Below are positions 1 through 11,547 of a stretch of DNA of 64,000 nucleotides, piece after piece. Both the position numbers and the translations under genes were made by a program. The notes beneath the pieces are model-generated. The model was given only the letters and a program-made list of their open reading frames with translations. It was not told the origin of the DNA and did not search any database. This DNA comes from Raillietiella orientalis (Eukaryota): contig JAYWIR010000027.1 of NCBI GenBank assembly GCA_036172245.1, positions 2,852,001 through 2,916,000 of the forward strand, given 5' to 3'. Within the stretch, counting starts at the first letter, position 1, and each line of letters begins with the position of its first letter.

Positions 1-391
1 CCGCAGCAGCACCTTCGGGAGGTTTATCGCGCGTAGCAAAGGGAGGGATGTCCGAAGCACAGCCTCCCCCCCCCCCCCCCTCTTCCAAACGTGGCGCCCG
101 CGGTGTGCGTTGCTGCTGCTGCTGCTGCATCCGTCCGTTTCCGCCGGCGGGGCCGCTCACCCGGATCGGACCGAGGCTGCGAGGTCGACGCGGAACGCTC
201 CTGCGCCCACCGATTCGAGGTGCGCGCGGGGGAGAGCGGAGGGGGAAGGAAGCGCGCGGCTGCATGAGATACCGCGGGCTCCACACTCGCGCGCGCACGC
301 GGCGACCTACCTACTTACTAACCCACATCGGGCGTGCGAAAAGCGGCCAAGAGCGATATGATCCCACGTGCGGCAAGAAATTAGTTCGGTC

Positions 392-448
392 ATGTCGGAG
401 AGCAGGCGGGCCGGTGCTGCCTCCTCCGCCTGCGTTCCGTCGTCGCGA

Positions 449-479
<31 letters not shown>

Positions 480-3400
480 ACGCCTACTGCGAGCGAGCGA
501 TCAGTCCACGCACGATGCGCGAACCGGCGGCGTCAAGCGGCGGCGGTCCGGACGAAACGTCGACGGCAAGCCAGACGAACTCGTGCGACGGTGATTGCCC
601 GCGTCCGAGGGCAGGGAGCACGGGCCCGCCCAGCCCCAGGAGCAGCAGCAGCGAAACCACCACCGTGGGCATCGTCATCAACCCGACCACCGGAGGGGAG
701 CTGCGGTTGAGGATGTGCCCGCAGGATTCGATCAAGAGCCTCAGGAAACTCGTCTCCAAGGAGCTGAAGATCCCCAAGGAGAAGATCTGCCTGCTGTTCA
801 AAAATCGGTGCGTTTTCACGTTTTCTTTTTTTTGACGTGGATCCCGCGCAGGTGGGCGGGACGGAGGGATCGCATCCAGTTGCTGTGCACCACGAACGCC
901 TTCCGGGCGCCTCGCGATCTTAACCGAAATCCCTTTGCTGTGTTTCCAGGCACTTGCGCGAGGGAACGCTCGAAGACAACTGCCTGACCGATGGGTGCCA
1001 CCTGACGCTGCTTCCCAGCATCGAAACGGGCTTAACGGTGAGTGCGCTCCTGCGGGACGAGTTTGTCCGGTTCACCCCTTCGGACCTTTTTATTTTTTTT
1101 AATTTTTCCCCCTATTTTCCTCTCCGACCGAAGAAGAACCAGGCACCCCTGACGCGCGCGCGCGTTTCGTCCGCAGGCTGGCTTCGTGAGCAGATGGAAG
1201 AACGGTACCCTAGAAATCCGCGTCGCGATGTGCACACGCACACAAAGGAACGGGAGATCGGATCTCGGCAATAAATCAATCCCTGCGCCAGCATCTTTTT
1301 TTCCGGAAAAACCCTGCAAAACGTCTCATTAGTGCTGTGTGTGTGTGTGTGTTTTCCTTCTTTCCTCCCCCCCCTCGGTGACGTAACAATCGGGAATGTT
1401 TGCTGGAACAATCGGAGACGGATTTTCCCGCCCTCTCGGAGAGGCGACCGCCGCGTAGGGCGAGGAGGCACTCGGAAGGGCAAAAACGGAAAGTGCCGCT
1501 CTCGCGAACGGATGCTGAAGCCGCTGTAATTTAATCCTGTTAGCGTTAATAACCCAAAACGGCGCCGAGGGAAAGCGAGTTTCGCAGGCGAAATTGTCAA
1601 GTGGTCAATTCCTCCCCCCCTCCCCCTTTTTTTTTCTCTTTTTTTTTTTTTTGAAAGCACGATTTCCTCCTTCGAGATTGAATCATTTTTTTTCTTTTTT
1701 GGTTGAGTGGGAACCGTGCGTGCCGAGGATATGCGGAAGAAAAAGTTCGGGGGCTGTGGTTGGACTTTCCTTTCGCGAAAAGGGAAGCAAACCCAAGATG
1801 GAAGGATAAGGAATGGGTCAGTATCAGATCCCACCGTCCTCCTCTGGAGCCCCGCACTTTTTGCCGTCGATGGCTTCCCCCCGGAGCGTCTGATGCCGGG
1901 TAGTAGCTGACCCCCTCTTTCCAGAGAGTTCACCTCTTGAGTTCCGTCGAAATGTCGGGAAGCGAGGCAGACAGCAGCCCACTTCTTATTTACGCGCAGG
2001 TGTGGCTTCCGGCGCGACGGATCGTGTTGCAAGTGGTTCGTTGAGCGGGGGGGGGGGTCTTCCGTCTCGCATGTTGACCCGCAGTTAGTACGTTCCTCTT
2101 ACTGTTTACGCCCTGCGCGGAAGAAACCCTTTGTAATGCGTGTATCTTTCTTTTCTTTTCTTTTTTGCCGTTCCAGGTGCAGCGTCCCGAGCAAAGTGTC
2201 GTGCAGGCGCTGGAAAGCTTGAACGAGTCCCAGGTAAGGTTCTTCTTGCTGCTGCACGTTTAGTAAATCGCGACGAAAGGAATCCTCGAGCTTTAGGAAT
2301 CTGCGTAGGCAGTTCGGTTTCTTCCCCCACCCCCCTCCCTCCCTCCCTCCCTCCCTCCCTTTCCTCTCCCGCCCCCTTTTTTTGCGAACGATTCGATGAC
2401 CTCCCTCCTGGCTACCACCACGCCCGAGCAGCTTGGCGATGAGGCGCTGCCCGCGTTTGGTTGCCGCGCACCACTCACGCCGGAAGTCTGTTCTCGCCCG
2501 CTCCTGCCTCTGGCGGGGGACGGGTTTTCCCGTTGGCTTCGGAAACACCTCGTTCCCTGGGGTCTTCCTTCGGGCAAGGGAATGCAATCCGGTCCATGTC
2601 AACATCATCTCTCCGTTCGCTAGCGAAGGAGGGTGTGGCGGCTGAAGCCAGCGTCCCACGCCCTGGCGTGTCCGGCGTTCCTGGCGCTTGCGTGTGCGAC
2701 TCACCCCCGAGCGAGATTTTCCTACCGAGGGCGCCCGGCTCGTGGACTTCGGCGGCGACCCCATGGTTTTTTTTTTTTTTTTTTGCCCCCTGCGGCCCTG
2801 CAACCCAAGGAGCCGAGCTCGCCACCCGCCTCCGCGTGCGCCCCTGTCGCCGGCGTAAGGGCGGCTGTGATTGGGGGACCAGCCAGCGGCGATCTTCTTC
2901 ACCCGGAGGAGGTTTCCACCTGCCGATGTTGCAAGGGCAGGGCTCAGGTGGCAGCACGGTCGTTTCGGGCGGAGGGGACGCCTGTCTGCTGGTTGAGCAT
3001 CGGTTCAGGAGTTCCAACCTCTGAGCGTCCGAAACCGAGGTGGAGTTCGTTCAGCCCTGATGGCGGGATGCGCCCCGATCAGATGTTATGGAAAGCCTTG
3101 ACGTTATAATTAGAACAGCGGCCGTGCTCGGAGCTTGTGGGTGGGAACACTTCAGTGCCGCGCTCGGAAATTAATAAGGGAGGAAGCCAGCGAACAAGCA
3201 GGGTAGCATTGAGAGGAAGAGAGGCGCACTGTGGGGGATGGGTAGCGTCTTTGCTGCGAACAGCTGAAGAAGCAGTCGGTGGGCGGTGCTTCGGAGGAGG
3301 TTGAGGAATGGTCAGGTGCCGCTGCCGTGCGTACTGCAGACGGCCGCGGAGGCGGCGGCGGAGAAATCCGGCATCCCCATCTCAGGCGCCACTTTTGGTG

Positions 3401-5922
3401 GACCAGAAATGCTTCAACAGAACTTTTGTTAACCCTGAAAGGACCAAGAGTTAAATCAGCCGACTCGGGGTGTGCGACGCCACGGGAGGGACGACCGAAA
3501 CGAGCGATCTTTTCCGGTTCCTAGATGAGAGGGAAACGGGATTTCCCTGCCCCCCTCCCCCGTCTCGAAGGATGTTCATCTTTTTTCACGGGCCACGACG
3601 TGGGAGGAGTTGAAAGGGCTTCCCCTCTCTGAGGGTGAACGAAGTTTGACCTCGAGTCGCCAGTCAAAATGTTTTGAGAAGTCACCTAGGATTCGAAAAA
3701 AAAAAGTGCCAGAACGATCAGAGTGCCTGGGGCGACTCAAATTGTCCCCTCCGTAAGTCTCGGCCCCGTGTCCGTTCGCCGAGCGTTCTCCCCACAGCAT
3801 CAGGCCCTTGCCTAGAGATTCAGCGAACCGCGAGCGTCCCATTTCGCATCCTACGCGTTTCCTCTTCCCCCGAGGCTTGCGGAGATGACGCCGCGCGTGG
3901 CTGGCCGATCGACCCCATCCTCCTCCCCCATCGGAGCGCCGCTGCGATCCTGGCTGTTCGTGCCGTCGCGCCTTCCGGCCGATGCAGCCATTCGCGTGCC
4001 CCGGTGACGAGCACTGTGCCACTCAAGCGCACCAGTGACCCGAGACGGACTGCGGCCGGTCGGGAAGGAAGTGCCGGGAAAATCCGTAGAAGGCAAGAAG
4101 TGCCTTCGCGTTTGAGGTCAAGCGCATGCGCAGCATCACGACGGCGGCGGCTGCCCAGTTCCAGCGCTCCCCCTCCCCTCCCCTCCCCCTTGCGTGTGCT
4201 GCAGGAACGGTAGCCTTGGGCCGCCTCGGCGATCGTCTCCGGAGCAACCGCGTGCTTTGGAGGTTCGGCTCGCGTGACGCAGTCGCCTTGTCAGCACCTT
4301 GCCGGGCTGCGTTTCCCGTCTCAGCTGGCTGCGTATCGAAGGCGCGCGAATACTCGCCGCGCACCCGCATGCAGGCGCGTTCCCCACGTCGCTGGCATGG
4401 AAACTCTGCGGCTCCTCAAGCCCGCATCTCTCCCTGCGGCGGCGGTGTTCCGGCCAGGACGCGCGCGCAACCATCTGGGAAGTGCTGCAGGGTCGAAGGA
4501 AAGAATCCCCGCCGTCGCGCTCTTCAGGAACGTGAGGAGGGGTGTCCCGTTTTCCGCCCACACGTCCTCCCGGCACCCATCTGCGCGACGAAGGTCTGCG
4601 TGTGCCGGGCTCGGCCATGTGGGGGTGGGGGTGGGGGCATTGATTTCACGTGACACGGATCACGCATCGTAGTCCCCAAGGGAGCGTGGTTCACGGACCA
4701 TTCCTCCGATACTAGACCCTCCGCGCGGCTTGCTTTTGCGAAGGCCACCGCGGCCGACCCTCCTGGCACCGCGTCGCCAGATCGATGCGGAAAGCCCCCT
4801 CGTCGTCGTGCCAGCTGATTCGGAGTGCACCCGCTGCTCGCGCGCGTCCGTTTCAAAGGGAAGTTCCTGCTCTCCCTGCTCCTTCGCGAGATTTCTGTCA
4901 GCTTCACCCGCCCTCCGCTCTTTGCTTGCGTCAGCACGCGGGTTCTTCCGCGGCGTGCCAGCCGCAGCAGCGAAAACGCGGAGCACTCGCGTGCGCAGTC
5001 TCCCACGGCTTGGTGCTGACCGCTTTCCGAGTCCTTGAATACTCCACAACCCGACGCTTCCTCTTCTTCCTCCCTTTCTCCTCTTCTTTCCTCGACCCTC
5101 CCTCTTCCTCCCCGTTTCTTGTAAGGAAGAAAACGTGCTCTTTTCTGATTTCAGGTGGACGACTTCCTGTCGGGTCATGCTCCTCTGAACCTGACCATGC
5201 GCTCGGGGGAGCACGTGATGCTCATCCAGCTGCACCTGTCCACCACCGCGGCCACGAACTCAGAGAGGAAGCGCTTCAAGCAGCAGCTGATCCCGGCCCC
5301 GTCGCCTTCCGAGGAGAGCGACGGGCCTCCCACCACTCCGCCGAGCATGCGGGCGTTGCTGGAGGCCAGCCGCAACCTCGCGCGCGCGCTGCACCTCCTG
5401 TCTTCGGAGGTGTTCGCCGAGGAGTCTCAGATTCCCAGGCCACCTCCCTGCCGACCCGCACGGGCTTGCACCCGCCGGCCACCGATGCCCGAGTCAGGAG
5501 CCATCATGGAGCGGATGCGCCACCACGGGAAAGGAGTGTACTCCGGAACCTTCTCCAGCACGCTGAACCCTGCCCTGCAGGACCCTAGTGGCGCCCCCAA
5601 GCGCGACATCAGCACCATCATCCATATCCTGCACGACCTGCTTTGCGCGCACGCGCAGTGCTCGCCGGCGCCCGTCCTGGCGGCCGTCGTGCCTGCCGCG
5701 TCGCCCGCCTCCCCCCCCAGCGCGGCCACGGACAGCCGCTCCCGCGAGAACAGCGACACCCGGCGCAAGGTGGAGCACCTGCGCCTGGTCATGTCAGAGA
5801 GGCGTGCCCGCCGCAACGCGCGGCGGCGCCAGGCGAGCCAGCCATACGCGGACCTGCCGAAGCCTGGCGCGGACCTCCGGTCGAGCGGCTTCGAGCTCAA
5901 GACGGAGCCCATCCCGGTCTGA
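392..5922 (+). CDS. MIDN: Midnolin-like protein, 4 coding exons (about 392-807, 950-1037, 2177-2233, 5155-5922)
   Basis: The spliced translation gives a ubiquitin-like domain (INPTTGGELRLRMCPQDSIKSLRKLVSKELKIPKEKICLLFKNR/HLREGTLEDNCLTDGCHLTLLPSIETGL). It continues with RPEQSVVQALESLNESQ/VDDFLSGHAPLNLTMRSGEHVMLIQL, HHGKGVYSGTFSSTLNPALQD...PKRDISTIIHILHDLL and a C-terminal helix ENSDTRRKVEHLRLVMSERRARR, all matching midnolin as I recall it. GT-AG boundaries are visible. The start could be ATG 392 or ATG 515. Confidence 0.92.
449..478 (+). repeat. (GCC)10 trinucleotide repeat; poly-Ala if ATG 392 is used
   Basis: Directly visible gccgcc run. Confidence 0.9.
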
Positions 5923-6789
5923 GCCGTGAAGACGAGCCCTACTGCTGCTGCTGCTGCTGGACGCCGACCCGAACGCCAGACGCCAAGGGGAGGTGCCCTC
6001 GCCAAGCCCAGGCGACTTTCTGCCCCTCACCTGCCCGCCTCCTTCCCCGTCAGGCGACCTTCAGGGAGCGAATGTCCGTCACATTCAGGTGCAGTGCCAG
6101 GCAACCGCGGACTCGCCCAGATTCCCCAACGACGACAGCAACACACTCAAAAAGAAAGAAAGAAGGAAGGAAAGAAATGGAAGCGTGCGCTGGGGGTGCT
6201 CTTCCGGGATGGGTCCCTGCCTGCCCACTGGGCTAGTGTCCCGAGCACACGCTGAAAGTACCTCACGAGCCGGACCACAGGAGGAACACGGGGGGGGGGG
6301 TGCAGAGGCACCCGCGTATTGGGGAACGGGGGAGAGGGGCGTATTGGGAGGATCATCGACTGCCCACGCGAAGGGTGAGAGAACGCCCAGCTAGGGCCAC
6401 ACGTGGAAGGGAAAGCACCGCACGGACGGCCGTCTCCAGCGTCCTTTGCTCCGAACCCAGGCTGGAGGGCGAGAACGAGCAGCCGTTGTCCCTTCTCGGA
6501 CTCCTGTGCGACGATGGGGCAGGGACACCCGGTCTCCTGTCACTCGCTCGCCCACCACCTGAGTCTCCGTGGCAGCGTGACGCCGACTGGTGTAAGCCGT
6601 GCCCCTGCCAAGCAGGACCGCGATGAAGGGGCGCAGCAGGACGAAAGTGTCACTGTACGCTCCGGTGGAGTCGCACGCACATCCAGCGTCATGAGACGGT
6701 GCGCGTCCACGATGGCGCTATTCAGGCTATGGGGAGGAGCGCGCGCTGTCTTATCGCGAGACCCGTAAGCTGCGCTGTTGTGTGTTCTC

Positions 6790-7400
6790 CGCATGGAACG
6801 TCGTCTTCGTTACCTGGTAGTAGGTATGCGTCTCGATTCCTACCATTGCGGGTAGCTCTAGAGTTACGAACGCGGAAGCAAAGGACGCCTCTCATCCGGA
6901 TTCGCTTAACCCCTGACCTCCCGGTCTCAAGTCCCCGATAAGAACCTTCTGGAAGATGGACACCATCAAGAGATGCCGATGGGTGCCTCAGATGTCCGGG
7001 CGCCATCTCAGAGACGAGAGTAGACAAAGTAGTTGGGGTGAGGGGTCAGATACCAGGGTGCCTCCTTTTACCCAAACAACCCTTCATCCCCACTACCACT
7101 GGCAAGAACCACGCTATAGTGAGGTGGCTGCAGAAGGTACCCTCACTCTGGCGACCTCAGCTCCTCTGCCCCTCCGAACTTCGAGCTTTTCGGAGTCTCT
7201 GGAACTTGCTTGCTTTGTCGGACCCATTCCCGCCTGCGTGCGGAGAAAGCCAAAGTCCTTCGTTGGATCTTCCTACAATCTACAACTCAAGGGGCTTCCA
7301 GGAGATGAACCTCGGAGAGTCCTTTGTGGTATGATTGCTGGGACTTGGGCTTAAGGAACGTACAAGCTCTCACGAGCTGTGCATTTCCTCCCTTCCGTAA
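6790..7400 (+). mobile_element. Possible degenerate fragment of the local non-LTR retroelement family
   Basis: GC-rich, broken reading frames; only weak by-eye resemblance to fragments at 15.1 kb and 32.0 kb. Confidence 0.25.
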
Positions 7401-8779
7401 GAAGGGTGCCCGTCTCCTCCCTTACCGCAGAGGACTCACAGCTGCCTATTAGACACCTCCGTGCGGCACAATCCCCTATCCGGTCTGACTATCGCCGACA
7501 GTACCACCCGAGCGGCACCGAGCTTCCTGTTCCTCAAAGGGAAGAGGGAGCGGGCGAACATGTTCGAGTTCAAGAGGAAGGGATCAAGGCAAAGCTCGAT
7601 ACAGACATCTCCCAAGACCCCATCATACATTGATAGGGACAATAGGAGGGATGATAAAGAGGGAGGTGCGGCAGTCACTGCGAGCGCCATCTCTATAAGG
7701 AGGACTGAGCAGGATGCTCCTGCAAGGTCGTAGCCGCCTGCTTTTTTCGTTCCCTCTCAAACTTTCTTATCAGGAGGGTTAAACAGAGGAGCATCGCTCC
7801 CTTCTTGCCCTTTTCTTTTCGTTACCTTCCCCCTGCTTGAGGACAATGTCGCCAGTTTCCTGTACTCTCCAGCCAGGTCGCTTCTGCCCTCTAGCAGCGC
7901 TTCCAAGAGCGACCGTTGCGAGTCTGGCAACCTTTTTCTCCAGCAGCCACCCCCGCCGTTCTCTGCCGTGGGGATGCAGGGGAAGACGATTCTGTGTTGC
8001 TTCTGCTCGTTTGGTGCTCTCTGTGCTACACTTTGATCTCCTCCCTGTGCTTACATTTAGCAGCGTACCCGCTCCGAATGGGTCACGCGCACACTTGCTC
8101 TCGATGAAGGTGCCTTCGGTCGTGGACAAAGGCGAAGAAGGAAACCTTTCTTTCCGCCCCGTGTGCTGCGACTTTTAAAAAAGGGTCGATGTTTTCCGAG
8201 ACATGATGCGAGGTGGCAGGGATTGTAGGCATCGCAGCAGAAACAGGCAGCAGAGCGGCGTTGCAGGCTTGCCTACCCCAAGGCTACCAGCCCTACCCTG
8301 CCGCTGCAGGGTAGACGCGTGCTCGTTTGCCTCTCGAGTCGCAGACTCCCGGAGTTTCGATCAACGACCAACGAACAGAGCGACCAACTGTCGGTTCTCT
8401 GCAAGAGCCAAGTCGTGGAGCCAGCCCTGCAGGAATGCGGGTTTAGCGGACCCATTCCTCAGAGCTCCACTGGGCATCGAGTACCGCGGTGCTGTGGGAA
8501 GTTGGACGACCTCGGTACCAGCGGCACTCAAGAAGTGTTCCTGCGATAGTGTTTGTGCTGTTGAGTCCAGCCGGTGGACACCAAAGCGGTGTGCCAAAGC
8601 GTCTGTTCCAGCTTCTCACGCAACGGTAAAGGCAAAGAAGCCACACATGGAAAAAAAAGTCCGCACTCCTCCAGCATTGACTGCGAGGAACACTGGATGA
8701 TGAAGAAACAGGAGGCCTTCTACGAGGAGAACACTCTTTGATGATGAAGCCACCCGCTTAACGCATGCAAGAAACAAAC

Positions 8780-9204
8780 CCAACCCACTGGACATTGTTG
8801 CTATGGGTGTGGGTAGGAGGAGTGAAGAGAGAAGAATAGGTTAAGCGCAAGACTAGAGACGAAAAAGCTCCTTCATGAGAAGGAAGTAATGTGTTGAGCG
8901 ACATGGCGGAGAACACGTTCGCAATGACTGTGGTAGCCCAGAATGCTATTTGTCCTCAGGGGAGAGCGTAACCTAGGGATGATGATGATATCAGGAGAAT
9001 GAGTAGTAGTAGACCTGACGTTCGGACTAAATCCTTCTTGTTAGAAAAGAAGTATAGTGCTCACAAGATGCGGAAGTAGATTGCTATGGAGAATAAAGAG
9101 GGGCGGTGGTAAGCATGAAGCGTAGCGTTAGGAGCCAACCGTTGCTGTTACCACTGTGCATGAAGAGGATGGAAAGGCTTCTGTAGTGAGAAGGGTATAA
9201 TGTA
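8780..9204 (-). pseudogene. cob: NUMT: mitochondrial cytochrome b, downstream part
   Basis: Minus strand in invertebrate mitochondrial code reads HYT...EAF...NGWLL.LRFM...LFS.AIYFRILWALY...SGLLLLILL.SSSLGYALPW(TGA)GQM(ATA)AFWATTVIANVFS. This contains the diagnostic cytb GYxLPWGQMxFW motif. Frameshifts are present. Confidence 0.92.
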
Positions 9205-10150
9205 ACCTCCCTCAAGAACATCAGGAACAGCAACGAACGAGCATTGTGGGAAGTGTCCTGCCTCATCCGAGGCAGGAGAAAACCATTGAAGGCGTGGACG
9301 ACTAGGGAGTTAGCGGCCGCTGCGACCCCGAGCGTCCCGTCTAAAGGAATTGTGCGCTTGGGCGAGGTGCCCGGCATACCTCCGGAGGAGGTGAAGTGGC
9401 CCCCAGCGTGCTGGGATAGTCTCACCCTGTCCCTGGAATGTCAGGAGACGGCGCTGCTAGTGTTCCATTGGGGACTCCTTTGCAAAGCACGCCTCTTCAA
9501 TTGGACATCAGGGACTGTGGATGCCAAGTGTGCAGGGTGAGGGGAACAAGAGACCTTCCCCCACCTCATCATCGAGTGTGTCGCCCTCCGACCCACGTGG
9601 GATCGACTGTCGGCGATCTTGAACATTCCCGAGGGCGACCCGAAGGACATTTTCCGTCGCCTCCTGATGCAGGACGCCCTGCCAGCAGCCGCGTGTGTGG
9701 CAGTTCTCTGCTGCATACGCGGGATGCTGGCAAAATGGACTGCGTCCAGGAGAGGACATAACAGCCGGAACGCCATCCAATGGGCAGCCCTCAACATTGA
9801 GAAAGCTTCCCGATGGTCCCGGCTGAGACCATTACGTCCGGCACTTATCCGCATCCTGAACAGGATGCAGAGAACCACTCGGAGCGATCAGTGATCCCTT
9901 CCCAGCCCTCCCTTCCCCGAAAACATTTCCCTCCCCTTGGTTTTCATTTGATTTTTCTGTTTTGTTTGTCGTTTTCCTTTCCCCATCGCATCCGGACAGG
10001 ATCTCTGCGGCCTGCGAACTGGCAGCGGCAAGTGTGTCAAGACAGACAGAACCACGGATTCTGTTTAAACTCATATAAGACTTTATTATGAAATTTTTAT
10101 TATGTAAAAATTTTAATAATAAATGCTTCGGCATATCCGGGTGATATATA
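9205..10150 (+). mobile_element. 5'-truncated non-LTR retrotransposon copy A (L1/Tx1-like zf-RVT C-terminus), inserted in the cob NUMT
   Basis: The frame reads LLVFHWGLLCKARL...DAKCAG*GEQETFPHLIIECVALRPTWDRL, a CxxC..E..H...C zf-RVT pattern, with stop at 9894. A T-rich 3' UTR, AATAAA at 10118 and the hairpin at 10125-10143 follow. It is flanked by tataatgta (9196-9204) and tgtaatgta (10151-10159). Confidence 0.85.
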
Positions 10151-10275
10151 TGTAATGTATCGAGACAGTGATGCCTGTAATTAGTTGAATAATAGAAAGG
10201 ACTCCTACGGGTGATCCTGGATTTCAAAAATGAGAAGTGTTCAAGGGCATGTCGACGTTGTGGGTGATTTTTTTT
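10151..10275 (-). pseudogene. cob: NUMT: cytochrome b 5' part
   Basis: Reads MPLNTSHFW(TGA)NPGSPVGVLSIIQLITGITVSMHY, matching the cytb PxNISxxWNFGSLLG...QILTG...MHY pattern. It joins the 8780-9204 piece at HY. Confidence 0.88.
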
Positions 10276-10289
10276 TTTTATTGAGGTTT

Positions 10290-10740
10290 GTCGATCGTTA
10301 GGAGAGCGAAGGAGTGTTCTGGATTGTAGGATTGTGTGCGGTGTAAGAATTATATTAACGTTGTCATGAGATATGAGGAAGGTACAGGTCATCGGGATGT
10401 TGGCTAGTGGGGGCAAGATTTCGGAGGAGAAAGATGGGGAGAGATGGATAAGATGAACAGGCACGAGGACCAGAATACGTGAAGAGGTTTGAGATTGAGT
10501 GGTTCGCTGTAGGTTAAAGATGTTATGTAAGGGAGAGTGAAGAAAACGCCTCCGATGTAGACGAGATAAAGGATGATGGCGTATCGTGAAGTTATGGAAA
10601 AGGGACTAGTAAAATGGTAACAGATAGGGAAGTAATAGAAAGTAGAAAGTCGTGATAATGGGATCGGCGTATGAGTAGAACGGGAGGATGTGATTATAAT
10701 TACGGTAATGCAAGGGGGTGTAGGTTGGCATGATTTTGTT
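10290..10740 (-). pseudogene. nad6: NUMT: NADH dehydrogenase subunit 6
   Basis: YAIILYLVYIGGVFFTLPY.TSLTYSEP resembles the ND6 LFLIYIGG..VLF.Y..SL motif. It lies directly upstream of cob on the same strand, a known invertebrate gene order. Confidence 0.78.
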
Positions 10741-10889
10741 GCTTGGAAGCAGGGGATCTTGAAAAGTAGTTGTTCCATAGGAATGCCTTGGGTTTCGATG
10801 ACCTTCGTAGCTGTAGATGAGACAAAGCATCGTGCATGAGGCTGGATAAAGAACTGGTACGTGAAACTATTCGGTCTCCTCCAGCAGCC

Positions 10890-11190
10890 ACCGCATCCAC
10901 AAAACGTCTGCTGTCGGTACGACATCAGAGTACCACAAGCGTATAAATACCAGCGGCAACCAATAAGGAGGCGAGCGCATACGTGCAAATCTGCAGGAGG
11001 GCAGACGCCGAGCACCTTCATGATGGAGGGAGATCAGTGTGCGTGCACTTTACAAAAAAACAACGACGAACGAACCCTCCAAAACGAATGTATGGGAAGC
11101 TTCTTAGAGATGACCCTGTTCGATTCCGGACACCAAGGAACCATCAAATTCTACGATGCTCCACATGTCTTCTGCTAACCCAAAGTTGAC
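10890..11190 (+). pseudogene. Probable degenerate CRESS-virus Rep N-terminal (HUH endonuclease) fragment
   Basis: EHLHDGGRSVCVHFTKKQRRT resembles RCR motif II (HLQG..VHFxKKQR), and an upstream CRYDIRV in another frame could be motif I. It is frameshifted and adjacent to the clear CRESS sequence. Confidence 0.45.
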
Positions 11191-11547
11191 CACCAAGCAC
11201 TGATGCATCAAACATCGATAGGTGTGGGTAGTGATCCAAACGACACCCTCAGAAGACCAACTCGCGCCGACGGTGTTGGAAGAAAACGGCGACCCATCAG
11301 TGAGGAGGTGCGCTGAACTCTCTACCTGATGCACCAAAGAGCACGGCAAAAATTAACAAAATGTAAACGAAAATCCAAGCGGCACATCGCATCTTCGCGC
11401 ACCCTCGAACCGAAAGCACAGACGGAAACGCAAGTGCAGTGCGTGCGCATTCGTCGAAGGGAATCCCTCTACTAGGGGTTTCCTCTCCCCTCCCGCAGCC
11501 ACCTTCCAGGTTAGCAGTGCGATTCACAGTGTCAGCAGCGGATTGTG

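Noticed and set aside
1100..5100. Many long ORFs in the midnolin introns, and likewise at 43700-45600 and 56000-64000
   Set aside because: GC-rich, low-complexity Arg/Gly/Pro frames overlapping on both strands with no domain motifs; expected by chance.
7620..7740. Possible nad4L-like NUMT fragment on the minus strand (MALAVTAAPPSLSSLLLSLSMY)
   Set aside because: Only generic hydrophobic resemblance; too short to support.
10268..10283. Minus-strand AATAAA plus A-run as the poly(A) tail of a retrocopy
   Set aside because: It lies at the nad6/cob boundary with collinear mitochondrial sequence on both sides; more likely an expanded homopolymer.
10735..10860. Mitochondrial tRNAs upstream of nad6
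   Set aside because: Expected by gene order, but I could not fold a convincing cloverleaf.
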